Program-made: the position numbers and the translations under genes
Source: Deltaproteobacteria bacterium
GTDB lineage: Bacteria > Desulfobacterota > Desulfobacteria > Desulfobacterales > JAHEIW01
Assembly: GCA_024639185.1 (NCBI GenBank)
Contig: JAHEIW010000006.1
Coordinates: 10,647-74,646 of the forward strand
Direction of reading: 5' to 3'
Length of the DNA stretch: 64,000 nucleotides
Part shown: piece by piece, positions 47,400 to 57,351 of the stretch
How positions within the stretch are numbered: the stretch's first letter is position 1
Layout: every line of letters starts with the position of its first letter
Notes under the pieces: model-generated
What the model was told of the DNA's origin: nothing
What the model saw: the letters and a program-made list of their open reading frames with translations, nothing else
The model's database searches: none

Positions 47400-48395
47400 T
47401 TAAAACAGATGTCGCTGGTCGCGCTGAATCTCATCCAGATGATCGATATACAGCTGGACCTGCCGCTTCAGAGCGGCAATCGGTTCGGGGTTTGCCAATT
47501 TCCAGCGGTAAAGCTCGCTTTTCAGCTGGCGGCCTTCCAACGCAAGGGCCTCGGTCATCTGTGCCTTAGCCGGAGTCCAGAGTAAATGCGCTTCGCTGGC
47601 GGCCAGGTCGATTTTGTTAAATTGCCATTGGCAGTACCGATTCCACCATTTTGACTCAATTTCACCGTTTGCCAGCGCGCCTTCGAAATAAAAATACGTC
47701 CATTCCAACTGCGACAGGGGAATGTGAAGATCGCGGGCGATGTCCCGCAGCACCCGCCGGCCCTCGACAGTGTGGATATCAAAAACGACCCAATAGGGAA
47801 ATTTGGGATACGGTGCCTGACCTTCGCTGATGGCTGGAAACTGGCCGGTAGCGGCTAAATAGGCAGCGGCCTGGATGACCGCTTTGTCATGCGGCAGGCC
47901 GACGTTTTTGAAGCGTGCGGCATTGTCGAGCAGCGTTTTTTCTGTTTCGGTTGTTTTCTGCCAGCTGATCCATTGCCAGAAATCATCAGGGCGTCGAATC
48001 GCCGAGGCTACGATTTTAATTGCTTTGTCGTCGTCGGTTCCGGTGTATACGGTGTCGTCACCCTGTGAAAGGGCATACGCCAGGTATCCCAGCCCGGTTG
48101 CGTCTCGCGCCTTGGCCGCACGGGTAACCTGGATCAAGGCCGCCACTTTGCTATGAAATTTTTTATTGAAAATGAGTTCCGTACCCAACGGCCAGCATTC
48201 TTCAAAGGCAATGATTGCTGTTTGGGAGCGGTACCAGTTCTTTTCTTTTGATCCAAGGGATTCGAGCAAACTGCTGGTGGTAAAGACCAATTCGACATCA
48301 CCGCGTCTGACGGCCTTTTGCAGCAACGAACGATAACGTTTTTCGATTCTTGATCGGCTGGCTTTCATTGCGACGGCGCTGTTGGTAGGTTTCAA
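47400..48395 (-). CDS. Hypothetical protein (331 aa)
   Basis: Long ORF with coding-like composition, helical, no motif I can name. Confidence 0.6.
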   Translation of the reverse strand: MKPTNSAVAMKASRSRIEKRYRSLLQKAVRRGDVELVFTTSSLLESLGSKEKNWYRSQTAIIAFEECWPLGTELIFNKKFHSKVAALIQVTRAAKARDATGLGYLAYALSQGDDTVYTGTDDDKAIKIVASAIRRPDDFWQWISWQKTTETEKTLLDNAARFKNVGLPHDKAVIQAAAYLAATGQFPAISEGQAPYPKFPYWVVFDIHTVEGRRVLRDIARDLHIPLSQLEWTYFYFEGALANGEIESKWWNRYCQWQFNKIDLAASEAHLLWTPAKAQMTEALALEGRQLKSELYRWKLANPEPIAALKRQVQLYIDHLDEIQRDQRHLF

Positions 48396-48615
48396 TCATG
48401 GCTATCACAATCTGGAAGATATTTCAAAGAGATGTTTTAAACCAAAGCAGGAAAACCCTCGCTTCAAGTGATCCGCTATCTCTCAAAGCGTTGCGTTTTC
48501 AATATCCGGTCGCTGGATGCATCATCCGACCGCCGGTGGAACAATTATAAATAAATATGACGGAGCCAAACGAACTCCGCAAATGTACAATATTCAATTT
48601 TAATTATTCAATCAT

Positions 48616-49107
48616 CTATTTACCGCCGCGAAAACCCGGTGCTTCGGGTGTCAGAACGGCTATTTCGTTTTGCTCTTCGATGATGATGGTGGTCCATTGT
48701 TTGCTTGAATACCAGACGCCCAGCTGCTGGCCATTGTGGTCCAATATGCGAGATCCATAGGGCGGATAGCCGTAGATCGTATCCATCTCCCGAACCCAGT
48801 TTCTGAGCATGGGCACGGTGGCCTCAACTTTTTTCCACAAGCCCTTGCGCAGTTTGTATCGGCTATCAATGGCGATGATGGCGTAGGGAACCTGTCCCCA
48901 GCCGCTATAGTAGTATTGGTGGTCGGGTAAGATTTGATGGGTTTCAAAGGTCTTGGTAATTTCGCTGCTGCGTTCCAATTTGCCGTACTTGAGACTGATT
49001 CCGCCCGGGAGCTCCAAATCAATGGCCCCGCTCAGCGCAGGTAAAAGCGCACCGATGGCGATCATTAGCACCATTATTCGGTGAAATGTTGGAGTTCCCT
49101 TTTGCAT
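48616..49107 (-). CDS. Secreted hypothetical protein (163 aa)
   Basis: Signal peptide MVLMIAIGALLPALSGA. No motif recognised. Confidence 0.6.
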   Translation of the reverse strand: MQKGTPTFHRIMVLMIAIGALLPALSGAIDLELPGGISLKYGKLERSSEITKTFETHQILPDHQYYYSGWGQVPYAIIAIDSRYKLRKGLWKKVEATVPMLRNWVREMDTIYGYPPYGSRILDHNGQQLGVWYSSKQWTTIIIEEQNEIAVLTPEAPGFRGGK

Positions 49108-49295
49108 CTATATTTTCCCTTCCGCTTGTGTCAGTCAAATCCGGTACGACTGTATTAGATAGTTTGCAGTCGTTCAGCTGGCTTTCGGTCAGGGCATTTT
49201 AAAGCAGCTGATAATTCGTTTGATCCCGATTCAGTTTTTGTGTAATTCCTATACTAATACGATATATGTGCATGTCAATTTATAGGGTTTGTTAA

Positions 49296-49631
49296 TACCT
49301 GAATTTTGCACGAGCCGGAGACTTTCATATGCAAGGCATTTAAGGGCGAGGCGATAGTCAACTATGCCTCGGCTTTAACCCGCCCGCCTCGCCTGAGCGG
49401 CCCACGCCCGCCATGCGAGACCGCAAGGCGAGGCGGGCGGGTTGCGATGGCGGGCAGGTAACGCAGCAGATGGAAGCCTCCGGCTCGCTCGCTGGGTGAA
49501 AATTAATGAGATAAAATGATTTTTATCCTTTATTTTTTGTTGGTATTTTGAATCAGTCCTATAATTTGTTTAGCCGGCTGTATTTTAGTGCTATCTCAAC
49601 TTCTCATTAATTTTCATGCAAGATTCAGGTA
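49296..49631. mobile_element. Copy B of the TIR-bounded structured MITE-like element (inverted relative to copy A)
   Basis: TIRs TACCTGAATTTTGCACGA (49296-49313) / reverse complement of TCATGCAAGATTCAGGTA (49614-49631), 16 of 18 matching. The GC-rich core is nearly identical to 19700-19830. Confidence 0.75.
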
Positions 49632-49655
49632 ACAACTGTTAAGGAATTTAGGCGC

Positions 49656-50243
49656 ATGAATTATCTGGCGCATCTTTACCTGGCTAAAGATTCCACTGAA
49701 TCCATGATCGGCAGTATTCTGGGCGATTTTGTCAAAGGCAGCCGAAAAGAGCAATATCCGGATAAGATCAAAAAGGGAATCGAGCTCCATCGCCAAATTG
49801 ACAGCTATACCGATTCCCACCCGATGACGCAGGCCAGTCGAAGGCTTTACCGGCCGCCGTGGCGCCGGTTTGCCGGCATCATCGTAGACCTGTGTTACGA
49901 TCATTTTTTATGCCGTCACTGGTCGAAATATACGCATACAGCCCTGACACCATTTATTCTAAACGCCTATGAGATATTGAAAACCCATCAGGCGATGCTG
50001 CCCGAACGCCTGCAGGCGATGATCCCTTTCATGATCCGCGATGACTGGCTGGGGTCCTACCGCGATTTAAGCGGTGTTGAGCAGGCCTTGCAGCGCCTGT
50101 CCAAAAGGGTGACCCACGGTGATCTTCTGGCCGGTGCCATCGCTGAAATTAAGCTTCATTACCCGAGCCTGGAGTCCAATTTTCTAAGCTTTTTCCCTGA
50201 CCTCATCCGTTTTGTTAACCATATCAAAAACAGCGATGATTGA
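49656..50243 (+). CDS. acpH: Acyl carrier protein phosphodiesterase
   Basis: MNYLAHLYLA...MIGSILGDFVKG N-terminus, characteristic of AcpH. About 195 aa. Confidence 0.85.
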   Translation: MNYLAHLYLAKDSTESMIGSILGDFVKGSRKEQYPDKIKKGIELHRQIDSYTDSHPMTQASRRLYRPPWRRFAGIIVDLCYDHFLCRHWSKYTHTALTPFILNAYEILKTHQAMLPERLQAMIPFMIRDDWLGSYRDLSGVEQALQRLSKRVTHGDLLAGAIAEIKLHYPSLESNFLSFFPDLIRFVNHIKNSDD

Positions 50244-50435
50244 GATACTTCCAAAATTATCCGTGAGGCATCATTTGAGCTTGTAGCGGAATGAATCATC
50301 TGCGACTGCATCGTGCAAACTCACGCACCCTAATGCATTCAGACAGTGCACGATTCCGCTACTGATAATTCATTTCGCTTTGATCACTGAATGCGCAGAT
50401 GGTTGGGCAGAAAAATTCACCGATCCTTCATATAA

Positions 50436-51041
50436 TCAACGCTCAAGTCCGCTCAGCTTTTCAATCGCAATGCCGGCCATGAGGCGGTGACCGGCTTGAT
50501 TGGGGTGCAGGCCATCATCCAGAAAGTATTTTTCGATAGGATGACCGGCATCATCTAAAAAGGGGTTGTGGAAATCCAGACAGGCCACCTCATTTTGCGC
50601 GGCGGCCAGCTCCAGAGCTTTGACCAGCACATTTAACTGTGCCACAAAGCGCGCATAGCCGCCCTCAGGTTCGGCGAAATCCTGCAGGCGCGCTTTCTCC
50701 ATGAGGATAGGGGGGGGTAGGCCCACCAGGGGAATAATGCCATGGTGGTCGGCCTGACAGGTCATTGTAAAAATATTGGCCTGAATTAACTTCAGGTCCA
50801 GATCCCACCACAGATCGTTTGTGCCGCCCATAATCAGGACCCAATCGGGGTGATGTTCAACCACCTCAGGGTAAAAGCGGCTCAGCAGCCCGGCGGTGGT
50901 GTCCCCACCAATACCGCTGTTGATAACGTTGATCTTCATTCGATCGGCTACCCTGGAAGGCCAGATAGACGGACGCTCCAAATCAGAAGCTTCTGTGAGG
51001 CTGTCTCCGTGGCAAATCAGTGTCTTGATTGCTTGCTCCAT
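50436..51041 (-). CDS. SGNH/GDSL-family hydrolase
   Basis: Block I ICHGDSLTEA, block III GGTND, block V DGLHPN. Confidence 0.8.
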   Translation of the reverse strand: MEQAIKTLICHGDSLTEASDLERPSIWPSRVADRMKINVINSGIGGDTTAGLLSRFYPEVVEHHPDWVLIMGGTNDLWWDLDLKLIQANIFTMTCQADHHGIIPLVGLPPPILMEKARLQDFAEPEGGYARFVAQLNVLVKALELAAAQNEVACLDFHNPFLDDAGHPIEKYFLDDGLHPNQAGHRLMAGIAIEKLSGLER

Positions 51042-51192
51042 GTGCCTAAAAGTCGATAAGATTTTTTTCACCACAAAAGCGCGAAAGGACCCCGGTTAAA
51101 CTGTAAAATGGTTTAACAGGGCAGGCGAAAACACGAAATATGAAAACAAAATTTCGTGCTTTTCAATTTTTGTGTTTTCGTGGTGGTTTAAG

Positions 51193-51996
51193 TCATTTGC
51201 GCAACTTTGAAATAAAGTCCCTGGCCTGCTGCAACAGCGGTTTGCGAATACGGACCTTTAAATACAGGTCACCCGTCCGACCGCCGCCTTTACCGTCTTC
51301 GCCCATGCCTGCCAGCCGGATTTGCTGATCGGGTTTGGTTCCCGCTGGAACTTTAACCACCAGTTTTTTATTTTTTTTGCGTAAGTAGTAGGCATACGGT
51401 CCACCCTGACGGGCAAGCTCGGGATCCAGCCAGACCGTATCGTGGATATCGGCACCGTCTTGCGGAAATTCAATCCCGCTGAATTGCTTTAACAAAAAGC
51501 GGGTGAGTTTACCGGCTGCGCCCTGCAGGGGATGGCCGCCCTGACTCATTTTGCCGTTCTGGCGGGGTGTCTTAAAATAATAGCTGCTGGCGAAAAATCC
51601 GGGTTTGCGAAACTCATATTGCCGGTACGCCTGCCCGTAAAATTCTTTGAAAATTTCATCAAACCCTCTGAGTCCAAATGCCCGGGCCATCTGCTCTAAT
51701 ATCTGGTTGATATCGGAACCGCTGAAAATATCCTGATCGGAGTAGGTCTGCCTGAACTGGCTGTAAGCCGATGAACCGAATTGCTGGCGCAGGGTGTCGT
51801 ACTCGCGACGTTTGTTTGCGTTCGACAGGACGGCATAAGCCTCGTTAATGCTTTTCATTTTTTCGGCGGCTGCCGGATTCTTATCGTTGCGATCCGGGTG
51901 GTACTGGAATGCAAGTTTGCGGTAAGCATCTTTGATCTGTTTGGCGCTTGTTTTCTGGTCTACGCCCAAAATCTGATAATAGTCATTTTGTGACAT
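51193..51996 (-). CDS. DnaJ (J-domain) protein
   Basis: DYYQILGVDQKTSAKQIKDAYRKLAFQYHPDRN with the HPD motif. Confidence 0.85.
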   Translation of the reverse strand: MSQNDYYQILGVDQKTSAKQIKDAYRKLAFQYHPDRNDKNPAAAEKMKSINEAYAVLSNANKRREYDTLRQQFGSSAYSQFRQTYSDQDIFSGSDINQILEQMARAFGLRGFDEIFKEFYGQAYRQYEFRKPGFFASSYYFKTPRQNGKMSQGGHPLQGAAGKLTRFLLKQFSGIEFPQDGADIHDTVWLDPELARQGGPYAYYLRKKNKKLVVKVPAGTKPDQQIRLAGMGEDGKGGGRTGDLYLKVRIRKPLLQQARDFISKLRK

Positions 51997-52189
51997 ACGG
52001 GTTATCCATATTTTTACTAACGGGTCTCAGCCCCTAAAATTAAACCACGTAGACCACGAAGAAGACTAAGAATAGGTTCATGTAAAACTTCGTTAACTTC
52101 GTGTTCTTCGTGGTAAGAAAGCTGTTGGAAACTCAAAAAATCGGCAAAAAAAGGGATCAAGATAAATCTTCAAATTTCTGTGATGAACG

Positions 52190-53107
52190 TCAACTGTTTT
52201 GAGTTAACTTGGATTGATAGCGTTTGGCATCACGACAGCCGTCTTTATTGCCGAGTTGACAGGCGGTATTGGCATTTTCAAAGGCTTTTTGAAGGTCTCC
52301 TTTATTGAAGTACACCCGGCCGCGCATGTAGTGGGCCCAGCCGTTATCGGGGTTCAACTCTATTGATTTATTCAGATGACTCAGGCTTTCATCAAATTTA
52401 TTGCGGCGCATAAACAGCCAGCCGAGATTGTCATATGCCGGGCTGTATTCAGGGTTGATTTCCACCACGCGATTCAAATCTGTTATGGCGTTGTCAAATT
52501 GCTCCATTCGAATGTAGGTACGGGCCCTCCAGAAATAGGCTTCATAACTTTGCGGATTGCTCTCAATAGCCAGACTCAGTTTATCCAGCGCTTCTTTAAG
52601 GCGATTCTCTTTGTAGTCGTCATAACCCTTGCGCAGGTGCTTTTGAGCCCGGCGGGCCTGTTTGTTTTCGGGCCCGCGCTCTTTTCTAATCTGCCCCCAG
52701 ACAGATTTGCCGTATTCGACAACGTCATCGGCCAGTTCGGTAATCTTTTTCAGCGGTTGATTGAATGTGTCCAGCTTTATGCCCAGGGAAAGGTAAAAAC
52801 CAATGACAATCAATGCGCATAACACCACTGCAAAAACTCCGAAAGCCAGATAATCTTTACGGCCTTTGTCCAACGGCCGGGTGGTCAATACCGGAGACAA
52901 ATCATATTTTGGCTTGCGGCCGGACGCGTGCGGTGCGGCCGGCACAGGATGCGCTTCGGTGAGCACTTCAACCCGCCCGGTCGCCTGCTCGATATTCAGT
53001 TTTACACCGCAGCTGCGGCATCTTGTCTGGGTTATCGGCGCAACCGTGCTGTCCGCGGGAATATCGCCGGCGGTTTGACACTGCGGACATGTAAACTTCA
53101 TATCCAT
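52190..53107 (-). CDS. Zinc-ribbon (MJ0042-type) + TM + TPR-repeat protein
   Basis: MKFTCPQCQT...CRSCG, one TM helix, and C-terminal TPR units (AYFWRARTY, AYDNLGWLF, AHYMRGRVY). Confidence 0.75.
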   Translation of the reverse strand: MDMKFTCPQCQTAGDIPADSTVAPITQTRCRSCGVKLNIEQATGRVEVLTEAHPVPAAPHASGRKPKYDLSPVLTTRPLDKGRKDYLAFGVFAVVLCALIVIGFYLSLGIKLDTFNQPLKKITELADDVVEYGKSVWGQIRKERGPENKQARRAQKHLRKGYDDYKENRLKEALDKLSLAIESNPQSYEAYFWRARTYIRMEQFDNAITDLNRVVEINPEYSPAYDNLGWLFMRRNKFDESLSHLNKSIELNPDNGWAHYMRGRVYFNKGDLQKAFENANTACQLGNKDGCRDAKRYQSKLTQNS

Positions 53108-53123
53108 CTCCCTTTAAGCTTGG

Positions 53124-53240
53124 CCGGTTGCGCCGGCCGAAAGTCCCCCTGAAACGGGATTTAGCCAGTTGCGTCAGTTGGCATCGGAAAACGATCTGGT
53201 TTGATTTTATCCTGACGACCGGCCAACGGGCTCAGCCCCT
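53124..53240. repeat. Repeat family copy 1 (CCGGTTGCGCCGGCCGAAAGTCCCCCTGAAACGGGATT ... CCGGCCAACGGGCTCA)
   Basis: Same element in the same orientation at 55715-55840. Confidence 0.75.
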
Positions 53241-53272
53241 TCTTAATATAACACGCAAAATACGGCTTGTCT

Positions 53273-53956
53273 TCATTCTAAGTGTTCAGCTGTTTCTGAC
53301 GGCGGTCTGAAATCAGGGTCGTCTTTTTCCTTCACCAGATAGATCGCGGGCAGGCTGATGACGGTCACCAGACCTTTGACGATGATGTTGGCCAAAAAAA
53401 TTGACCAGACCACCGTATGCGGCAGGGTGGAACCAAATGCCAGCCAGCAAAAAATCAGGCTGTCAATGGGGATACTGACTGCATTGCTGGTGAGCACCCG
53501 TGCCCACTGGTATCGTCGCGTAATGCGTGTCACCCAAAAGTGGTATACTTCTGTATCAATGAGCTCGGCGATGACTTCTGCTATGATGCTGGCAATAACA
53601 ATTCGCCACACGGGGCCCAGAATGCTCGCAAATTCGCGGCCCAGCCCCCAGGCAGCATCCTGGGGCAGCCAGGCGGCAAATTGAAAGAAAGCGGCCATAA
53701 ACAGATTGATGCCGGCTGCCAGGAAAATGACGGTGCGGGCAACCCTTTTCCCGAGCTGTTTATGGACCAGGTCGCGAATGGTAAACGTCAACGGATAAAT
53801 AAATGTCCCGGCGTCAATACTGAAGCCTGCGATGCGGGCAATTTTAAGGCTACCGATATCCGAAAGCAGCTGGGCGGCAATATACACCGCAATAATCGCC
53901 ACGGCCGAGGTGGCTATGGGGGTGTTCGTGCCGGACTCTGATATTTTTGTATCCAT
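53273..53956 (-). CDS. yhhQ: Queuosine-precursor transporter (YhhQ/DUF165 family)
   Basis: Polytopic. IDAGTFIYPLTFTIRDLVHKQLGKRVAR is typical of the YhhQ family. Confidence 0.75.
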   Translation of the reverse strand: MDTKISESGTNTPIATSAVAIIAVYIAAQLLSDIGSLKIARIAGFSIDAGTFIYPLTFTIRDLVHKQLGKRVARTVIFLAAGINLFMAAFFQFAAWLPQDAAWGLGREFASILGPVWRIVIASIIAEVIAELIDTEVYHFWVTRITRRYQWARVLTSNAVSIPIDSLIFCWLAFGSTLPHTVVWSIFLANIIVKGLVTVISLPAIYLVKEKDDPDFRPPSETAEHLE

Positions 53957-53988
53957 GCAAAATTCAGGTCATCATTTCACGGGGCAAG

Positions 53989-54561
53989 TCAAGACTCAGC
54001 AAAGCGGGATATGACCAGCCAGGCTTTGGCGTCAAATTTAAGAGTTGTATCCTCTAACAGCTCCTGCGCTTCTGCAGGTGAGACCAGCAGAATTTCAATC
54101 AGCTCGGAAGCTGTATTTCCTCTGTTTGATGGCGCGCCTTCGCAGTCCACATACACCATGGACACGGATTCGTCGGTCATGCCGGCGGACGAATAAATCG
54201 GCGGACTGATATTTATAAATCGTCTGACGGTTAAACCGGTTTCCTCCATCAATTCGCGACGCGTGGCCTGCTCGATCGTTTCACCCTGATCGAGCAGTCC
54301 GGCGGGGAAGCCGTATTCATAGTCATTTAACGGCACCCGATACTCGCGCAGGATGACCATTTTGTTTTCTCTGGCGTGAAACGGCACGATCACCACCGCA
54401 TCCGGCTGTCGGTAATCGCCGCTGACGCATTTGGGTTCTTTTTGGCGGGTTACAACCTGCCAGGATTTTTCTTCCCCGGTTCTGGCAACATAGTTAACAT
54501 CAAATAGATTTAACCAGCGCCCGGCGGTGCGTTTGTTCGAGCCCTTAATGTTTACCTTCAT
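53989..54561 (-). CDS. NUDIX hydrolase (ADP-ribose pyrophosphatase-like)
   Basis: Nudix box GLLDQGETIEQATRRELMEETGL. Confidence 0.85.
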   Translation of the reverse strand: MKVNIKGSNKRTAGRWLNLFDVNYVARTGEEKSWQVVTRQKEPKCVSGDYRQPDAVVIVPFHARENKMVILREYRVPLNDYEYGFPAGLLDQGETIEQATRRELMEETGLTVRRFINISPPIYSSAGMTDESVSMVYVDCEGAPSNRGNTASELIEILLVSPAEAQELLEDTTLKFDAKAWLVISRFAES

Positions 54562-54631
54562 GGGGTCATTTGGCTTTCGATATTAAGATTTGATTTGTTA
54601 GACAGTCCCGGCTGTTTTCGAATTGCAGCAG

Positions 54632-54808
54632 TCAGGATGGCATGAGGCCTGTTGTGCGAAGCAAAAGGGCCCAGTCTTCAGCCAGCATGTCCTGAATCTG
54701 TAAGAAATCGGCTTCACTCAGATGATCAAAGCGCTTCCGCGTTTGCAAATCGCCTTTTACCGAAGTAATTCCAAACGGCTCACATCCTATAATAAAACCG
54801 TATCCCTG
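54632..54808 (-). pseudogene. Possible C-terminal gene remnant
   Basis: Coding-looking frame QGYGFIIGCEPFGITSVKGDLQTRKRFDHLSEADFLQIQDMLAEDWALLLRTTGLMPS* with no start codon, preceded in frame by TGA at 54809-54811. Confidence 0.3.
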
Positions 54809-55177
54809 TCAAAGCGTGGCATTGGTTCTAACGAAAGCCTGGTTGGGGGCCAACCTGCCGATTAATTTAAATTTACAGCAATAAAACGGGCTAAAGTATA
54901 TGGCCGAAAATGCCGATATTAGAGATTGCTGATTCTTGCATGATGTTGCATGAAATGAGATGTGAAACATAAAGGCGATCATCCGATTGATAGCTAAATA
55001 CCCATTTTAAACGATTTGTCTGAACGAATTTCTGAAAAAGAGACGCACATAAGATTCGCTTCTATTTTCATATAAAATTCAGGTGATTCGTCAGTTTAGT
55101 TCGTTTACACCGAATCGATAAAACAATTATTTCTATAAAGATTGGGCAATTGCGAATGTTTTTGTTAGGGGGCATAA

Positions 55178-55678
55178 ATGGCCACTTCACCGCCGCGCAC
55201 CGACACATTGGAATCACCATCAGATCGCGACGATAAACGCTGCGGTCAGGATCGACGCACGCATAAATTTCCGAAATTGAAATACCTGCTATTTTCCGGC
55301 AGACGGGCCGAAGTTCGCCGTAAGGAAGATTTGCAGCATACGTTCTATTTTGATCGTTATAGTTCGCATCTTTTTGCAGCCATTGTTGCCATCCTGCTGC
55401 TGAGTGTTCTGGACGCTTTGCTGACGCTGCATTTGATCGGCAAAGGGTCAACCGAAATGAACCCGGTTATGTCCTTTTTCCTCAGATTCGGCCCCATCGT
55501 GTTCATGGGGGCAAAATATTTTCTAACCTGTTTCGGCGTTGTTATTCTGTTGCTGTTAAGAAATGTTGTGCGCAAAAGATCGATTACCCATGCCCAGAAT
55601 CTCTTCTCATATATTATCGGCGCCTTTACCACTGTCATCGTATGGGAGCTGTATTTAATCTTTTTTGTTGCATGCTAG
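55178..55678 (+). CDS. DUF5658-family membrane protein with N-terminal (D/E)RR region
   Basis: KRCGQDRRTH...GRRAEVRRKED, then 3-4 TM helices (LFAAIVAILLLSVLDALLTLHLI...). Confidence 0.7.
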   Translation: MATSPPRTDTLESPSDRDDKRCGQDRRTHKFPKLKYLLFSGRRAEVRRKEDLQHTFYFDRYSSHLFAAIVAILLLSVLDALLTLHLIGKGSTEMNPVMSFFLRFGPIVFMGAKYFLTCFGVVILLLLRNVVRKRSITHAQNLFSYIIGAFTTVIVWELYLIFFVAC

Positions 55679-55714
55679 GTGTTTGAAAAATGGTGAACAT
55701 TTTTTTCAGGTTTA

Positions 55715-55840
55715 CCGGTTACGCCGGCCGAAGGTCCCCGTGAAACGGGATTACGCCCGTTGAGCCCGTAATAAAGAAAAAACATCTAATCTTGTTTTTA
55801 AACCGGCCAACGGGCTAACGGGAAACGGGCTCAACCCAAT
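55715..55840. repeat. Repeat family copy 2 (see 53124-53240)
   Basis: CCGGTTACGCCGGCCGAAGGTCCCCGTGAAACGGGATT ... CCGGCCAACGGGCTAA. Confidence 0.75.
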
Positions 55841-55925
55841 AATGTTGGATACCTTTTAGGTTTGCTGTATTGACTTTTGATGTACAGCGACTATTATATA
55901 AAAAATCTTGCTTAAGGAGCCCTAA

Positions 55926-56129
55926 ATGCCGATTTACGAGTATCAATGCAAGGCCTGCTGTCATTGTTTTGAAGCCCTGATGTTGTCTTCCAGGGATCCT
56001 GAACCGGAATGTCCCGAATGCCACTGCGGAGATGTTGAAAAGCTGATGTCGGCAGGTTGCATCAGATCCCAGGGTATCGCCTCCGGCTCGGGCGGCTTTG
56101 ATGCGCCGGCCTGCAAGCCCTCCGGCTGA
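55926..56129 (+). CDS. FmdB-family zinc-ribbon regulatory protein
   Basis: MPIYEYQCKACCHCFE...CPECHCG (CxxC...CxxC). Confidence 0.8.
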   Translation: MPIYEYQCKACCHCFEALMLSSRDPEPECPECHCGDVEKLMSAGCIRSQGIASGSGGFDAPACKPSG

Positions 56130-56195
56130 GGGATCTAACTTCTCCTTCCTCAGTTTGAGGAAAATCAGCCCGTATAACGGCATCCACCTGTTTTC

Positions 56196-56837
56196 TTGTC
56201 TTCAGATGTAAGTGCCCTCGGCCTGTCGGAAAAACGCGATCCGGTCGCAACCGTAAGCATAAAAGGTTTGCATCCGTTTCCCGCACATAACAGTAAAATT
56301 GATATGGAAGCCCTCATTCATGATTGCCTGAAGCCATATCGCGAGCTGGTGGCGATAGTGGATCGCCTTTTAGACGATGTGAGGCGCAAATACCCTTCTG
56401 ACATCGCCTGCCACAAGGGCTGCAATTGCGGCTGCCGCAACCTGTCGATCTTCCCGATCGAAGCGCTATCCATATTCATGGCGATTCGGCAAATGCCTCC
56501 AAAAGCAGCGGCTGCCATTCTACAACGGACCGAAGCACACAGGTTCCAGGATTGTCCACTGCTCCAAGACCGGACCTGCGGCCTGTATCCATTCCGGCCG
56601 ATTATCTGCCGGACCCACGGCCTGCCGTTGCAGACAATTTACAGAGGACGACCGTCTATCGGCTATTGCCGGCGAAATTTTGTCAATCGGCCGGCCATTC
56701 CGCGGGATGCCGTCATTGATCTGGATTGGATCAATAACGCGCTTAGAACCGTCAATGCCGCTCTGGCACAGCACCTGAGCCGGCAGATGCCTGCGCGTCT
56801 GTCTATTCAAGCGGCGGTTCAGCTCAGACTCCGCTAA
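56196..56837 (+). CDS. YkgJ-family (UPF0153) cysteine-cluster protein
   Basis: CHKGCNCGCRNL ... CPLLQDRTCGLYPFRPIICRTHG. The true start may be the ATG at 56304. Confidence 0.75.
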   Translation: MSSDVSALGLSEKRDPVATVSIKGLHPFPAHNSKIDMEALIHDCLKPYRELVAIVDRLLDDVRRKYPSDIACHKGCNCGCRNLSIFPIEALSIFMAIRQMPPKAAAAILQRTEAHRFQDCPLLQDRTCGLYPFRPIICRTHGLPLQTIYRGRPSIGYCRRNFVNRPAIPRDAVIDLDWINNALRTVNAALAQHLSRQMPARLSIQAAVQLRLR

Positions 56838-56899
56838 ACTGGCTATTTAGTGCAAATTTTGGGTGGGACCCGATACGAGAGGCCGTTTCAAAACCGATT

Positions 56900-57154
56900 C
56901 TAATCAAATCTTCCCTCGGCCAGTTTTGCGTGGACCTCATTGTGATCTTCGGCAGTCGGCGGTGGTTGAACCACATGCAAAATAGCCAGCTCGCTCAATA
57001 TCAGATCCAGAATGCGATGGGTGCATGCCGTAAAAAACAAAGAAGCGATTTTGTCGGTCAAATGAAGGCCATCAATGCCGACAAAATAATAGCTGAACCG
57101 CATATGCCGGATGTGATCATAATTTGACGTTTGATGGAAAAGAAACCGTCGCAC
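56900..57154 (-). CDS. Hypothetical ORF, possibly the 3' half of a frameshifted gene with 57058..57351
   Basis: Overlaps the upstream ORF by 97 nt in another frame. No motif recognised. Confidence 0.3.
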   Translation of the reverse strand: MRRFLFHQTSNYDHIRHMRFSYYFVGIDGLHLTDKIASLFFTACTHRILDLILSELAILHVVQPPPTAEDHNEVHAKLAEGRFD

Positions 57155-57351
57155 GGGCCCTGGAGCGAAAGCTTGACGTCATCGGCAATCGAATCCAAAT
57201 CAGGCCGCTGCAACCCCGTCACATCCTGTAAAGCAACAATTGTGTGCTGTGTTTTTGCGTTAAGCTGTTTTTCCTGACGCAATGCATCCGCGAGTTGAAA
57301 TGCACGCCTGCGGATTTCTTTTTGAATCTTTGCTTCTGATCGACTATCCAT
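57058..57351 (-). CDS. Hypothetical protein (start taken at MDSRSEAK)
   Basis: Charged helical N-part and a hydrophobic C-end. Overlaps 56900..57154. Confidence 0.3.
   Translation of the reverse strand: MDSRSEAKIQKEIRRRAFQLADALRQEKQLNAKTQHTIVALQDVTGLQRPDLDSIADDVKLSLQGPCDGFFSIKRQIMITSGICGSAIILSALMAFI

Noticed and set aside
54562-54640. preQ1 riboswitch upstream of the NUDIX-yhhQ operon
   Set aside because: The functional context would fit, and the minus-strand tail CUAACAAAUCAAAUC resembles the A-rich tail of preQ1-I aptamers. However, the preceding hairpin (ACAG-CCGGGA-CUGU) is too short and lacks the conserved loop, and no Shine-Dalgarno sequestration is apparent.
54632-54970. ORF with an in-frame TGA (54809-54811) as a second selenoprotein candidate
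   Set aside because: The part upstream of the TGA is AT-rich and low-complexity (MFHISFHATSCKNQQSLISAFSAIYFSPFYCCKFK...). I found no convincing SECIS-like hairpin in the 16-37 nt window after the TGA. The conserved-looking part (54632-54808) is more simply a gene remnant.
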